A DNA stretch of 64,000 bases. Origin: Eledone cirrhosa (Eukaryota). A model generated the notes under the pieces. It was given only the letters and a program-made list of their open reading frames with translations, had not been told where the DNA came from and made no database searches. The stretch is from positions 23,436,001 through 23,500,000 of the forward strand of contig OZ024743.1 of NCBI GenBank assembly GCA_964016885.1, written 5' to 3'. The translations under genes were made by a program, and so were the position numbers. Position 1 is the first letter of the stretch, and each line of letters starts with the position of its first letter. This document shows positions 37,771 through 50,829 of this stretch, one piece after another.

Positions 37771-38198
37771 CGTGTGTCATAATTCTCGATTATCATTGGT
37801 TCATAGGTTTCAAACGACTCTGCCCACCTCAACGACGCCAAACTGAAATTAATATGCATAATGCCAATGAGTGAGTGAGAGGGGAGAGTGTGAACGCTGT
37901 GTTCAATAACTATTAACATGTGCGCGTATGTTTATGTGTGTGTGCGTGCAGCGTACCACAGAAAGTAAAAACTATCAACATGTGTGAGTGTGTGCGTGTG
38001 TAAGTTTGCGTGCGTGTGCGCGTTTCCATGCGTGTATGTGTGTGGCGTTCCACAATCGCCACACAGTTTATCTGTCTGTGTGCCTGTCTGTCAGTCTAAC
38101 ATACACAGAACTGTGAAGGGAGTAAAAAGGGACCTTTCTTTACATTGACTGACATCTTTTATATTTATTATTGTGTCATATTTTGACAATTGCTTGAA

Positions 38199-41100
38199 AT
38201 GAATACTGATAATAAAAGCAATTCGACTTTATCAAACAGTGAACTACAGCGGCGACGGCGTGCTGCGATGGTTGAAGACGAACTGGCTGAGCATCATCAG
38301 CAGCAACCGCGTGCTGCGATGGATGAAGAGGAGCTGGCTTAACAGCGCCAGCGCAATACAGAAGTTCAGAGAATGTGTCGCCAAAGTGCCCTTCATTCCA
38401 GTAAAGAGAACGAATGATATTAAAAATGGATCATGGCAACCGTGTCATTTTCAGATTGGTGGACGAGCAGAGTGTCCACATTGTGGTGCATTGCTTTGGA
38501 GGCACGAAAAGACGTGGACCACAATGTGCTGTCATAAAGGAGCAGTTCAATTAGAACCCTTGCGAATGCCGGATGATGAGGAGTCACCGGAGTTTAAAAT
38601 ACTAAGTATGTGGGGTGATCAAGGAGACCGAGGTAGATTACTGCGCAAATATTCGCGGCAAATTAACAATTCATTAGCTTTAACATCGCAGAGAGTTAGT
38701 GAGATGTTTGAGAGTGGAGCATGGCAACCGAATGTAGTCATTCAAGGCCGTTTGTATCATTGTATCGGTAATTTAGAAGTTACCCCAGGAGAGAGGCCTC
38801 GATTCGCTCAAATTTACGTTAACGATCCAGATTATAATGAATGGGAGGAGGATATCAGGATCGGTTGGATGAAGTTGACGGGAAATATAACTGAACTTGA
38901 ACGGCAAAGGTTAAGTGATTTGATTCGTGATTTGCAATCATGGCTTAGTCAGTGTAATCCTTATGTTATGGATTTCATGTTGGTGGCTAAACTGCAAAAT
39001 GTTCAGCAGCAAACATTGGTGATTAAGGCTGACGCAGTGCCAAGGAATCAACACGAACGGCGATATAATGCCCCTGAAGGATTTCGTGAAGTTGCTGTGT
39101 TGATGGACGATAAGCCTGGATCGAGAGATATCGTCCTCAATCGCAGAGATGGTGGTCTCAAGACTATCAATGAGTCAAATAGGACATATAATCCATTGCA
39201 TTATGTTCTTTTATTCCTAAAAGGTGAAAATGGATGGAACATGTCTGTTCATTTAGATGATCATGAGAATCAGCATCAACAGGGAGATGGCAATAGACAC
39301 AATAATTCGATTCGCGACTTTTACGCGTTCCATTTGAACGAGAGGAATCAACAGAGAAATGCGCTATTTCAAGCCAGCAGATTGTTCCAGGAATACTGTT
39401 GTATGGCATTCGCAAAGATCGAAAATCAAAGGCTAAATTATATAGCTACACATCAGCAACATATCAGAGCTGAATTGTATAATTATATACAGGATGCGAT
39501 AACAGCCGATGATGCCAATTACAAGCAAATTGGTCGACGCATCATTTTGCCATCGTCGTTCATCGGCGGCTCGAGATATATGAACATTCGCGATCAGGAT
39601 GCAATGGCAGAAAGTTTGGAAAGCCAGATTTGTTTATAACGGTTACATGCAATCCTGAATGGACTGATATTAAGGATGCACTTTTGCCAGGACAACAGCC
39701 AAAGGACCGTCCTGATATTGTGGCAAGAGTATTCAAAGGATATCTGAAAAAGATAATGGATGATGTGGAAAAAGGGAATCTTTGGAGGTATAGTTGCTTT
39801 TACATACGTAATTGAATTCCGAAAAAGAGGATTGCCACATGCACATTTGCTGATCATTTTACATAGAGATTGCAAATTGAGATGTGCTGAGGATGTCGAC
39901 AGCATTGTGTGTGCTGAACTGCCGGAGAATGAGGCACTACGCAACTTGGTGGCAAAGTCAATGGTGCACAACCAATGCGGAGTGGCAAATCGGAAAGCGC
40001 CTTGCATGAAAAATGGCCAATGCAGTAAGCACTTTCCGAAATCTTTTGTCATGAACACTTCCTGGAACGATGGGGATGCTCATCCCTCATACAGAAGACG
40101 GTCGCCTGCATATGGCGGTTTGGTCGAAAATGTAAACGGTCGACAGGTTACAAATCAATGGGTTGTGCCATACAATCCAGATTTGATTATGAAATATCGT
40201 TGTCATATTAATGTGGAAATTTGTAGCTCAGTGAAAGCTTGCAAATATCAATTCAAATATGTTTACAAAGGTCATGATCGGGCAATTATCAATGTCAGGA
40301 ATGAGGAAGCGAACCAAGGAGATGAAGTTGGCAGGTTCCAGGATGTTCGCTCGATTGGATCTAGCGAAGCTTGCTGGAGATTGTTCGATTTTGATCTCAA
40401 TGAACGCAAACCCAGCGTTCAGAAACTGATGGTTCACTTAGAGAATAGGCAAATGGTCTGTTTTCAGGACACTAGAAGAGGTGTCGAAAGAATTGTTAAC
40501 GCACCACCTCCTAAGACGGAATTGACTGAGTGGTTCAAGCATAATAGGGAACATGCTTTGAACCCGGATCAAAGGCAACTCTACTTCGATTTCCCTTCGC
40601 ACTATACGTGGGATAAGAAGGGAAAGAAATGGAATGATAGAAAACAAAAATTGAGATTCATGACTATTGGATGGGTTTGTAATGTCCATTCAGCATCTGG
40701 TGATGTGTTTTATCTCCGAATTCTGTTGCATAATGATTTTTAGAGAGGTAAACAGAGCTTCGCTGATTTGAAAACAATCAATGGCGTGGAATATGAAACA
40801 TACCAGGCTGTGTGTCAGCATCTGGGACTTCTTCAGGATGACGCTGAATGGAATAACGCCATGGAAGCTGCAGGAACAACACAGATGCCAGCTCAAATAA
40901 GGCAGTTGTTTGTCACGATTCTAGGATTCTGCAATCCTGCTGATCCAAGAGAGTTATTTGAACGCCATTGGGGAATTATGGCTGATGATTTTAGGCATCA
41001 TCTTCAGGTCGATGATGAAAATTTGATGAAAGCTATTATTTTGCTCAATATTGAGCAACTGCTTGAAGTTCATTTCAAATGTTTAACAGATTTCAATTTG

Positions 41101-42609
41101 CCAATTCCTGATGAAGAAATGCGGCAACGTGTCTTAGCATTGAACATGAGATTGCAGCTTAGACGGCTGCCATTCGATCGGAGGGAACTATTCCAGTTTG
41201 ATCCACTGGAACAGCAACGTATTGTGGATGAACGTATGCCAATGTTGACCCAATCTCAGAGAGAATTGGTCGATGGCGTTCTCCACTCGATTTCCACTAA
41301 TGAGCAACTTTGTGCTTTCATAGATGCTCCAGGAAGCACCGGAAAGACATTCTGTTTCAACACTACGTTATCAGCAGTCAGAGCTCAGAGGAAGATTGCT
41401 CTCCCTGTGGCCACCAGTGGGATCACTGCTACTTTGCTGAGTGGTGGAAGGACCTTCCACTCATGCTTCAAGGCTCCATTAGCTCCGGGTGAGTTGAGTG
41501 TCAGGACAAAGTGAACTCGCGGGCCTTATACGCAATACGTCTCTGATTATTTGGGACGAGGCTCCAATGGCACACAGATATTTGCTGGAGGCATTGGACA
41601 GAACTTTGAGAGATATCTGCGGTAGTACCTGCCATTCGGTGGTAAGACTATCGTTCTTGGTAGCAATTTCAGACAGGTGCTACCAATTGTTAGGAATCCT
41701 CAAAGAGCGCAAATTGTCGATGCATGTCTGAAAAAGTCCCCGTTGTGGAGCCATTTCAGAGTTTTGCGATTACACAATAATATGCGACTTCGTATGTTCG
41801 GGCAAAACGAAGAGGCTGAGACATACGGCCGATGGTTGATGCAGTTGGAAAACGATGAATTGCCACACGTTGGTGATAATCAGACTGTAAGAATCCCAGA
41901 CCATTTGGTCATGCCATTGGACCGCCAAGCATTGATTGACTGGGTGTTCCTTAATTTGAATGCTTTTTGGCAGAATATCTCATGGATATCGGAACGCGTT
42001 ATTCTAACTCATACAAATGCAACGGTCGATGAAATAAATTCACAAGTAGCCGGAATGTTTCCTGGAGAGGAATGGTTGACCGTCAGTGCGGATGCAATGG
42101 AGCCTAATCAGTAGAACAATATGGATGTTCCGACTGAGTATCTGAATTCACTTCAAATACCCGGATTTCCCCCACATATTTTGAGGTTGAAAAAGGGTAT
42201 GCCGATTATATTGCTTAGAAATACCAATCATAAAATGGCTCTTTGCAATGGTACCAGATTGATTGTTGAGAGATTGATTAACGGAAGAGTTTTAGAAGCT
42301 AAACTCCCAGGCAGAGAGGAATCGGTTCTCATTCCGAGGATCATGCTGAGACCAAGTGAAGATCTGCTGCCACTCATTTGGCAAAGGAGACAGTTTTCCG
42401 TCAATTTGGCTTTCTCCATGTCTGTCAAAAAGGCACAGGGACAGACTTTCAAGCGAGTCGGTGTCTACTTGAATGATCCAGCATTCAGCCATGGGCAACT
42501 GTATGTTGCTGCATTTCGAGTGTGCGATCCTGATGGTATAACATTTGCAATTGATACCACTAACAGAGGAACAAACCTGAATATTGTCTATAATGAAGCT
42601 TTCAGCTGA
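38199..42609 (+). mobile_element. Helitron Rep/helicase gene, decayed by stops and frameshifts
   Basis: CPHC..CC zinc motif; FITVTCNP; VIEFRKRGLPHAH; KYQFKYVYKG; Pif1-like motifs [31 protein letters not shown]. Confidence 0.95.
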
Positions 42610-42640
42610 TGTATGCATATCTTTAATGCTATCAATAAGT

Positions 42641-42975
42641 GACGTAAATGATTCGGACATTGGTGTCCTTTGATCAGTATTGTGAGCTTTGATAGAGTTA
42701 TCATTTATGTTCAATGTCATTTAATGTCTTTATGAGCAATAAAAACAAACAAGTATTGGTAAAAATTGCTTTCACTGCTATGTTACGCAATAAATACCAA
42801 CAAGTATTGGTAGAAATTTCCTTCACTGCTATGAATATTCGACGTAAATGATTCAGACATTGGTGCCCTTTGATCAGTATTGTGAGCTTTGACAGAGTTA
42901 TCATTTCTGTTCAATGTCATTTATTGTCGATAATGAGCAATAAAAACCAACAAGTATTGGTAGAAATTGCCTTCA
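42641..42975. repeat. ~200-bp-period tandem duplication in the Helitron 3' region
   Basis: gacgtaaatgattc.gacattggtg.. starts at 42641 and again at 42841. Confidence 0.9.
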
Positions 42976-43362
42976 AATTTATCGCTTCTGATAGCGGTGG
43001 TAATAAAACCTCATCATATGCTGAGTCTGGCAAAACGTTTGGTGCCTATGGCTGGCCAGGGCTAGAGTAATATTGAAAAACGATTCTATTTTCGAAGTAG
43101 AAGGATCCGCCAGTTGGAGTTCAAACCAGGCCACCTCCCCGAGTTGAACTCTGGCCAATATTGACTGTCTATTACTCAGTGGCTAAGAGCCTGGAAATTA
43201 CTGAATAAATTTTTGTGTCATATAATTTGTTGTTTTATTATTATAGCTGACCACTGATAGATAAGCATGTTATCCATATCCATATTAATTTGGCATTTGT
43301 ATAAACCATTTCAAGTAAATGGGGACCTTTTTTACATTGACGGACATCTTTTATATTAATTA

Positions 43363-43721
43363 TCTATATCTATATCTACATATAATATAAAAGATTGGAA
43401 CTTCCATCATCCTTTTGAGAAACGTGGAACAACCACGTCTATGCAATGATACACGTTTTACAGTCAGGCAGAAGATGAACCATCTCCTAGAGGTCACTAT
43501 TCTAGGTGGGAGCACCTAGAATTGTTCATATACTATGCACAAACGGTATAACGAAGAATCTGGTATATCTGGAAGATTTTTTTTACTGCTTTTGGTATCA
43601 CACAGTCACTACGGACTCGCCTCATACTGTAACCAGACAAACATCCAATACAGTAATTTTCTCTTTTACCTGTCTTCTCTTATCATCTGTTTACCTGGGC
43701 GAAGCTGGGTACGTCAGCTAG
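43363..43721 (+). mobile_element. Short non-autonomous Helitron, or Helitron 3' terminus
   Basis: A|TCTATATC..TATAAAAG start; hairpin acctgggcgaagctgggt followed by CTAG|T. Confidence 0.8.
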
Positions 43722-44231
43722 TATATATATATATATATATATACAAAAAGTTATGAAACCAAAGGAGCTGTGTGGTTATTAAAAACAAGGTTTTGGATGG
43801 TGGTTAGGACGGAACAGGAGGAGAAAGGAAGAAAGGAGTTTCCATCGTCAGATGTAAATGTATCCCGAACCGATGTTTCGGCGCTGAATTACAGGACATC
43901 GGTGTAATTCGAGTGCGCCCGAGGCCTTTTATTAATCAAAAGGCCAGGTGAAAAAGGAGAGAGAAAAAAAGGAGAGAAAAAAGGAAAGAGAGGGAAAGGA
44001 CGAAGAACGTGTATGTGTGTGTATGTTCTTCTGGTTTTAATATTTTATAATTTTTTACCAATAGAGAAAGAGCTGGTTTCTAACATAAAATACTCCTTGA
44101 TTGGAATTTAAACATCAACTAGGTAGATATGTATGCATGTCTGCATGCATGTGTGTGAGGGTATGGATGTGATTGTATGTGTGGATGTGGATGTTATGAG
44201 TTACATGTGTGCATGTGTATATGCTTTTTGT

Positions 44232-44630
44232 CTATACATGTGTATATGCAGTTAATAATGCATAATTCTTGGAATGTTTTACATAATTTACAGTTCCATT
44301 AATGGAATGTACTTGTAATTTCCTAACTAGTCGTGTTCTTTCTGGTTCTGTGACGCCGAGCTTCCCAAGATTTGTTCTGAGGTAGTGACTCCCACATCCC
44401 AGTGCCCAAATAATCACAGGTATAAATCTGAAGGTATAGTCAGGGTGGAGTATCTGCAGATTCCTCATTAGTTTTGCATAGATATTCTCCTTTTCGCTAA
44501 TCTTTAATATTATATTGGCATCTGCTGGGCAACTAACTTCCACTACTGTGCATGCCTTCTTTTCCCTGTCCCATAGCATTATATCTGGTCTGTTATGTTT
44601 GCATTTTATTGAGGGTTTTACAGTTTTTAC
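44232..44630 (-). mobile_element. RLE-type (R4/NeSL-like) LINE 3' fragment
   Basis: HNRPDIMLWD..VVEVSCP..EKENIY..L..FIPVII.ALG. Confidence 0.85.
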
Positions 44631-44865
44631 AGAGTAGATTTGCAATCATGGGGTTGTGAATTCGATTCCTTTATTTCACATTTTTCATGTTCACTCAACT
44701 GTAGAAATGTGTTGTGACGTCACTGGTCCCAAGCTGTATCGCCCTTTGCCATTCCTTTGGACAACTTTTGTGGTGTGGAGAGGGAAGGTTGGCCTGTGCC
44801 TCGGATGAGAACATTCTAGGTGCAAAACCCATGACCATTCCTGACTGAAGGGGTCTTTTACCCTT

Positions 44866-44976
<111 letters not shown>

Positions 44977-45000
44977 GTGTGTGTGTGTGTGTAAATATAT

Positions 45001-45062
45001 ATTAGAAATATAAGCTATCGCCGTATTTTAGTCAAAATACGGCGATAGCTTATATTTCTAAT
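45001..45062. repeat. Perfect hairpin, 29-bp arms, 4-nt loop
   Basis: attagaaatataagctatcgccgtatttt-agtc-aaaatacggcgatagcttatatttctaat. Confidence 0.95.
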
Positions 45063-45106
45063 TTCAAACCGGCTCGCTATTTCGAAAATATTATTACTTG
45101 ATAAAC

Positions 45107-45177
<71 letters not shown>

Positions 45178-45230
45178 GATTTTTTTGTACATGTAACAGA
45201 AGACGGAAAGAAAGAATAAAATAGTTTTAC

Positions 45231-45288
45231 CTGCATTAATATTTATATATGCTGCTATAAAAAGCAAGCATAGAATATATTTCTGCAT
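45231..45288 (-). CDS. Putative first coding exon encoding a signal peptide (MQKYILCLLFIAAYININA), phase 1
   Basis: aagATG start, basic residue plus hydrophobic core ending in Ala, donor CAG|gtaaaa. Confidence 0.6.
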
Positions 45289-46919
45289 CTTGTCCTCTCC
45301 TTCAAACAAATTCTTTTACACCTGACTGCCGACTGCAGAGTAAATATGTGTCTTTCATGGATAGCTGAGCTGTTGAACAATGTTTACATAATCGTCATGC
45401 ATCTATGCATAACACTTATCTTTTTTATGCATTGGTCCATGAAATATTGGTCCATGAAATATATTATGTCTTCTTTGATCTATACAGCCATTTTGTTAAT
45501 TCGTTTAGCTATAAACATTGATTTGTAAATATTAAAAGTAAACATGCTGTAACTAGTTAAATTTATTTTTTATTAATTTATCTAATTACTGACAATAGTT
45601 GTTATTGTTGAGTTCCAAGTCAGGGGGGGGGCATACTTATGATCATATGCATTCCACCAATGGCCATCCTGTCTTTTCTTTTCCCGGGGATAGTGTATCA
45701 AAGACAATATTATCCAGTGTGTCCTTTCCTTATCTAAGATTGTATGGTGTGATTTAAGAAAGAAAGAGAGAGAGAAAGAAATAGAATTGAATAGTGTTTC
45801 TATCAGGTTAAAGACGATACTCCTATCCCCACTAAGTCCACCCTACAATGGAAAAAACAACAGAAAGAAGGACAATCCCATCTCCTCAGTTAACCTCTAG
45901 AAGTTACTATGGTTTCGGTTCTTTAAGGTTGATATCGTTTATTACTCCAGTGCACATTTGGGACATAACAAAACAGGTAGAGGCAAGTAGTCCAACGTGC
46001 AGGCAAAGAATAAGGATACGGAGGTGTAGAAAATGTAAGAAAGGAGAATAGAGGAAAACAGGCCGGATGGTGTAATGTCTATTATATGATAATTTTAAAA
46101 AAGCACACATGATTAAGTCTTTAGAATATAAATTCAAATTGTATGTTTGTGTGTGTAAAAAGTAAACAGAAATAACATAGCAAACGACACAGTACGATGA
46201 AAAAAAAATATATATATAGTATCTTAATTTTAACACTGATGTTGTTGGGGAGGAGTGCATCTGAAATGATAATGGCGCAATTACCCTTACTGATGCTGAA
46301 TAAAAGTAGCATAGAAGACTTACTATGAGAGACAGATGAAAATAAACTGGACAGTGAGGGCCTACCCCATACAGACTCTACTGGGGGACCAGCTATGAAA
46401 GTTGGAAGCAGTATGATAGATAAAGTGGTTAAAAACATGAAAGTAGGGACAGCAGCCATTATGAAAGACCGGTGAAGGTGGGTTACCGGATATACAAGCC
46501 CGCAGCAACATAGTAAGGCAATTATGGATAAGATGACAGGCAAACATCTGGGATGGTGGGTCACATTTTAACCATCTATATCGTAAACCAAGTAATACAG
46601 AATAGTGTCATACATAATGACTGGATAGTATTATTTTCGTCAACTGATACAGGAGCAAAAGAAGTTCACAAGACAGAGGAAACTATAGAGCCATCAAATT
46701 GATGGACGAAGTCATAAAAGTTACAAAAAGATTTATTGCACAGTTGAGTAGAAACCGAACTTAGATTAGAATAAGACTGCCAACAATTGTGATCATCGAT
46801 ATAGTTGATGAAGTTGGTGTGGGGGTGATCATTGATACGATCGACCTTGTGGGAGGTGTTATAGTAAGTGAGGATGGAGTATCGTTTAGTGGTATGAAGG
46901 AACATGTGTGTGCAGCTGA

Positions 46920-48000
46920 CAACACCGTTGAAGACAAGGACTTCCAGGATGTAATCGACGTGTAGTGATGGGCAGTTGAGTGGTACTGGAAGTGAGAGCC
47001 TAGACGTTAAGAAATAAAGGGAACTGCTATCAGCATACCCTGAAAGGAGATGCCAGGAGCTAGTTCGAGAGAGATGATGGAAAGATGTATTGAGGAGGGC
47101 ATCTTAATTACCTGGAAGGATGAAGTGAAGAGTGGAGTGTTGCCGCTAATAGCTGTGGCGGAGCCAAGACAATAGAAGGTCTATCCGGTACTGGACTTTC
47201 GAGAGTTGACTGACTACGTATCATGTCACATGGATGGCAAAGTTACAAATGTCTGCAGGGAAACTTTGTTAGAATGGAGACAAATGACGAAGGCCTGCAC
47301 AATCGTCAACTTGAATTCTGCATATCTGCTGCTACAAGTGGCTGAGAAACTATGAAAGTATTAGCTAGTAAGCTATAAGAGCCAGATGTAGTCGGACCAG
47401 GCTAGGGTTTGGTTTGAATTCAGCACCGAAGATCATGATTACGATTCTCAAGGCCATCTTGGGAAAGGTAGACAAGGTAAAAAGGGCCATCAATTCCTAT
47501 ATAGACGTTATCTTAATGGATGGGAGTCGGCAACAGAAGTTACAGGTCATCTAAAGATGTTCGGATTGACCACGAAATCACCGGAGACGATAAAAAGAGG
47601 AGCTGCAGTGAGGCTCAAGCTGCAAAGAGACAAGACAGGTATTTGGGTATTTTGGAAAGGGAATGAAATCCCAGAACTGGGCACTGGTATAAACAGACAA
47701 GAACTGTTCTTGATGTGTGGGGGACTGGTGGACCACTATCCAATCGTGGAGTGGCTATGAACAGCATGTAACCATGTCGAGAAACGAGCGCACGGGATGA
47801 GCTGGAGGGACAGAGTGGGAGAGAGGATAGTGGCTATGATGCAAGAGATCCTGGAGAGGGTAAGAGTGGAGGGTCAAGTATGAGGAAGCTCGTATGTGCC
47901 CAAAGTGGAGAATGGGAACTTATAGTGCAATACAAACAGCATAGCGATAGGGGTCGTTCTGGAAATAGGATCTGTCAAGGTGGAGGACGCAGTAACCACA
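46920..48000 (+). mobile_element. Decayed LTR-retrotransposon pol (RT) fragment
   Basis: VYPVLDFREL..., NLNSAYL, RLGFGLNSAPKIM, SYIDVIL, with many stops. Confidence 0.75.
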
Positions 48001-48020
48001 GCAACATGGCTGAATTTGTA

Positions 48021-48201
48021 CTGTCAACATTCTCAAGGCACTTGAACCTTGGTTATAATATAGGTTTTAGTCATGATTAGTAATGGTTGTCAAGGTGGGG
48101 GTTCCCGGCTTTGTTCTAGAATCAAGATTGTCAACGTTCTCAAGACACTTGAGCCTTGGTTATAATATAGGTTTTAGTATTGATTAGTAATGGTTGTCAA
48201 A
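48021..48201. repeat. ~73-bp direct duplication
   Basis: tgtcaac.ttctcaag.cacttga.ccttggttataatataggttttagt..gattagtaatggttgtcaa occurs twice. Confidence 0.85.
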
Positions 48202-48455
48202 AGGGGAGTGGCGTGAATGGGGACGTTTTATTGAAGTTTTAAATATAAGTTTGTGATGGCATCTATGACAACCCTAACAGTTTTGTTGGCTTTGATGGTA
48301 GTGTATTCAAAGGAAAGCTAGATCGTCTTATAATTTACTGTACAATAGAAACATCAATATCCAACTATCGATAAAATTGATTTATCTCTTAAGTAAACTC
48401 TCAGTTTGTCCATTTCTTTCTATCTCTCAAACACAGATTCCCCACACGCATTTGT

Positions 48456-48600
<145 letters not shown>

Positions 48601-48774
48601 TGGGGCTGTAATATAATACAATAGAAAGACCGTGTGGTGAGATACCAAGTGGACCATAACGCACCAGAGTACTCGATACTTAGAGTAGTAGAGTGGGCAA
48701 TAGGAAAAGGGTCAGGAGCTCAGCCGTCGGGGTCCTGACTATTTTCCTATATATATTTCGGTTGGCGGGATATA

Positions 48775-49100
48775 TTAGACAAACTAGGATAAGTCACTTT
48801 TGCTCATATACTATCTCAATAAATTAAAACTACCAATATTAGAAGAAGAATTCCGTCTTCAGGGAGAAATTCTTTGGAAGTAGAAAAAATATTGAATAGA
48901 TTGCATACAGATCATGTCGTTGTTGTAACCGTATGGTATCCAACAACTTCCGTCATTGAATTACTAAATGAACATATAACTCTATATATACTAGGACGAT
49001 CCGACGGGCTTTTTATGACGATATAAATAGCACCCTAATTCCAGAAACTGCAGTTAAAGATAATATATGAGTAAAACTGACTTATTTTAGTTTATCTAAC
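48775..49100. mobile_element. Possible MITE with ~40-bp imperfect TIRs
   Basis: ttagacaaactaggataagtcacttttgctcatata / tatatgagtaaaactgacttattttagtttatctaa. Confidence 0.5.
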
Positions 49101-49148
49101 TTATATTCCCCCAATCGAGGTTTTGGCTTAAATTTAGTATGTTTATAT

Positions 49149-49194
<46 letters not shown>

Positions 49195-49226
49195 TAGGAT
49201 TGGTGCTCTGAAATAGCGATATATAC

Positions 49227-49574
49227 ATGAATGTATGTATAGTATATCTGGCGATATACTGTATGTTTAATTAAAAACATTTTGAAGACCTTGCACTATT
49301 ATTTTAAAGTAGTGACTATGTCACTTACTTCTTTTTTCAACAATCAGTTCCTGATTATTACTGCAATTCTATAAGATTCCAGCCTCTATAATTTTCAACA
49401 AAGGTCGGCGAGTGCTAAGCTCTGATGAACACCAACAGATCTGTCAGCTTATCTCCCTTCCCTTGTTAAAAAAAGAAGTAAGTGACATAGTCAGTACTTT
49501 AAAATAATAGCGCAAGGTCTTCAAAATGTTTTTAATTAAACATACAGTATATCGCCAGATATACTATACATACA

Positions 49575-49579
<5 letters not shown>
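49227..49579. repeat. Inverted repeat with ~116-bp arms
   Basis: 49227-49342 versus 49463-49579; a single-arm homolog lies at 19448-19535 plus 19675-19717, split by an RTE tail. Confidence 0.9.
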
Positions 49580-49633
<54 letters not shown>

Positions 49634-49697
49634 ACTGAATTATTTTTATATAAGTTCCCAGTGTCCTCGCATTGCCTGGAAGCTTAGCTGAGAATAG

Positions 49698-49778
49698 ACT
49701 CCCTGATGACGTAAGGTTTCTCTGTGGATACGCACCGTGACCATATTTATCCCCTTACAGAAACTAATTAGTTGGAGT
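49698..49778 (+). ncRNA. Type I hammerhead with palindromic stem III
   Basis: actcc-CTGATGA-c-gtaagg..ccttac-a-GAAAC-taatta-GTT-ggagt. Confidence 0.75.
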
Positions 49779-49944
49779 GAAATTTTAGTAAGTAAGTCAA
49801 TTTTCATAACTTTCTTATTTACGTCTTTCATATAATTGTTCTGCATCCCCATGCATAGAACCACAAAGTTACTAAGACAAAACATATATATTTGCTAGCA
49901 TAGGTATGCATCTGTATACATATGTTGGTAGATATACTAATTCT

Positions 49945-50032
<88 letters not shown>

Positions 50033-50829
50033 AGAGACTATTTTATTCGTATATCTTTATTTTATTATCTAATCCATTATATATATATTTCGAAGATGCA
50101 AAGGTAGTTATATAATAACTACTTTATACGTTTTCTTCAGATGAATCAAGATGTGTTTTTACATTGATATGCTACTGGTTTAACGTGTCGTTAGGAATAT
50201 TAACCAGCGTTGGTAAGAAACTCTCGGGAGAGCTGGCTGTAGAAGGCCTTCAGAGAAGAACTCATCCCGAGCGACTGTTTCGGCCCTTAACATCTAGAGC
50301 TAAATATCCCAGAAATCCCAGCATAAAACTAAAAGGAAGAATACACTGGTCTAGTGTCAATAAAAGCTATGTTTAAATAAAACTGGAATCAGTATTCGAT
50401 TTACACATGGGCTATATGAGCAGCAGATCATTGGTTAGGGGATGCAATCTGTCTAATTTTAAACAGACATTTGGCACATTTGGCGATTTTATTGGTGCAT
50501 GGCTAGCAGCACGAGATCCGGTTTTTGTTGCTGGAGCCAGTATGGGCAATGGGATCATTTTTAGATAACTAGGCTGTGCTTCAGTAAAACCAAACTATAG
50601 AGTCGGTCTGTAATATTTTTATTTACTTTCCCCGCAGGGATGAGTACGCAAACTTGGGTGTGTTGAGCTTTAAATTTATTCATCTTTAATGTATGTATGA
50701 ATATTTACGTCATTTCATGGTCGATAAAATAGTACCAGACTAATACGGGGTTAATTCTTCTATATCTGTTTCTCTCTTCTGCTCTCTCAGCGCAACTAAC
50801 CATGTATATGCTGCAGTAGTAAACACTAC

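Noticed and set aside
43844-43925. Minus-strand GAAAC and CTGACGA as a type II hammerhead
   Set aside because: Stem I does not pair and the stem II partners do not match.
46250-46560. Possible L1-like RT relic
   Set aside because: Only faint motif similarity; too decayed to call.
50222-50292. gggccGAAACagtc with CTGAAGG and a hairpin
   Set aside because: Core incomplete and topology inconsistent with a hammerhead.
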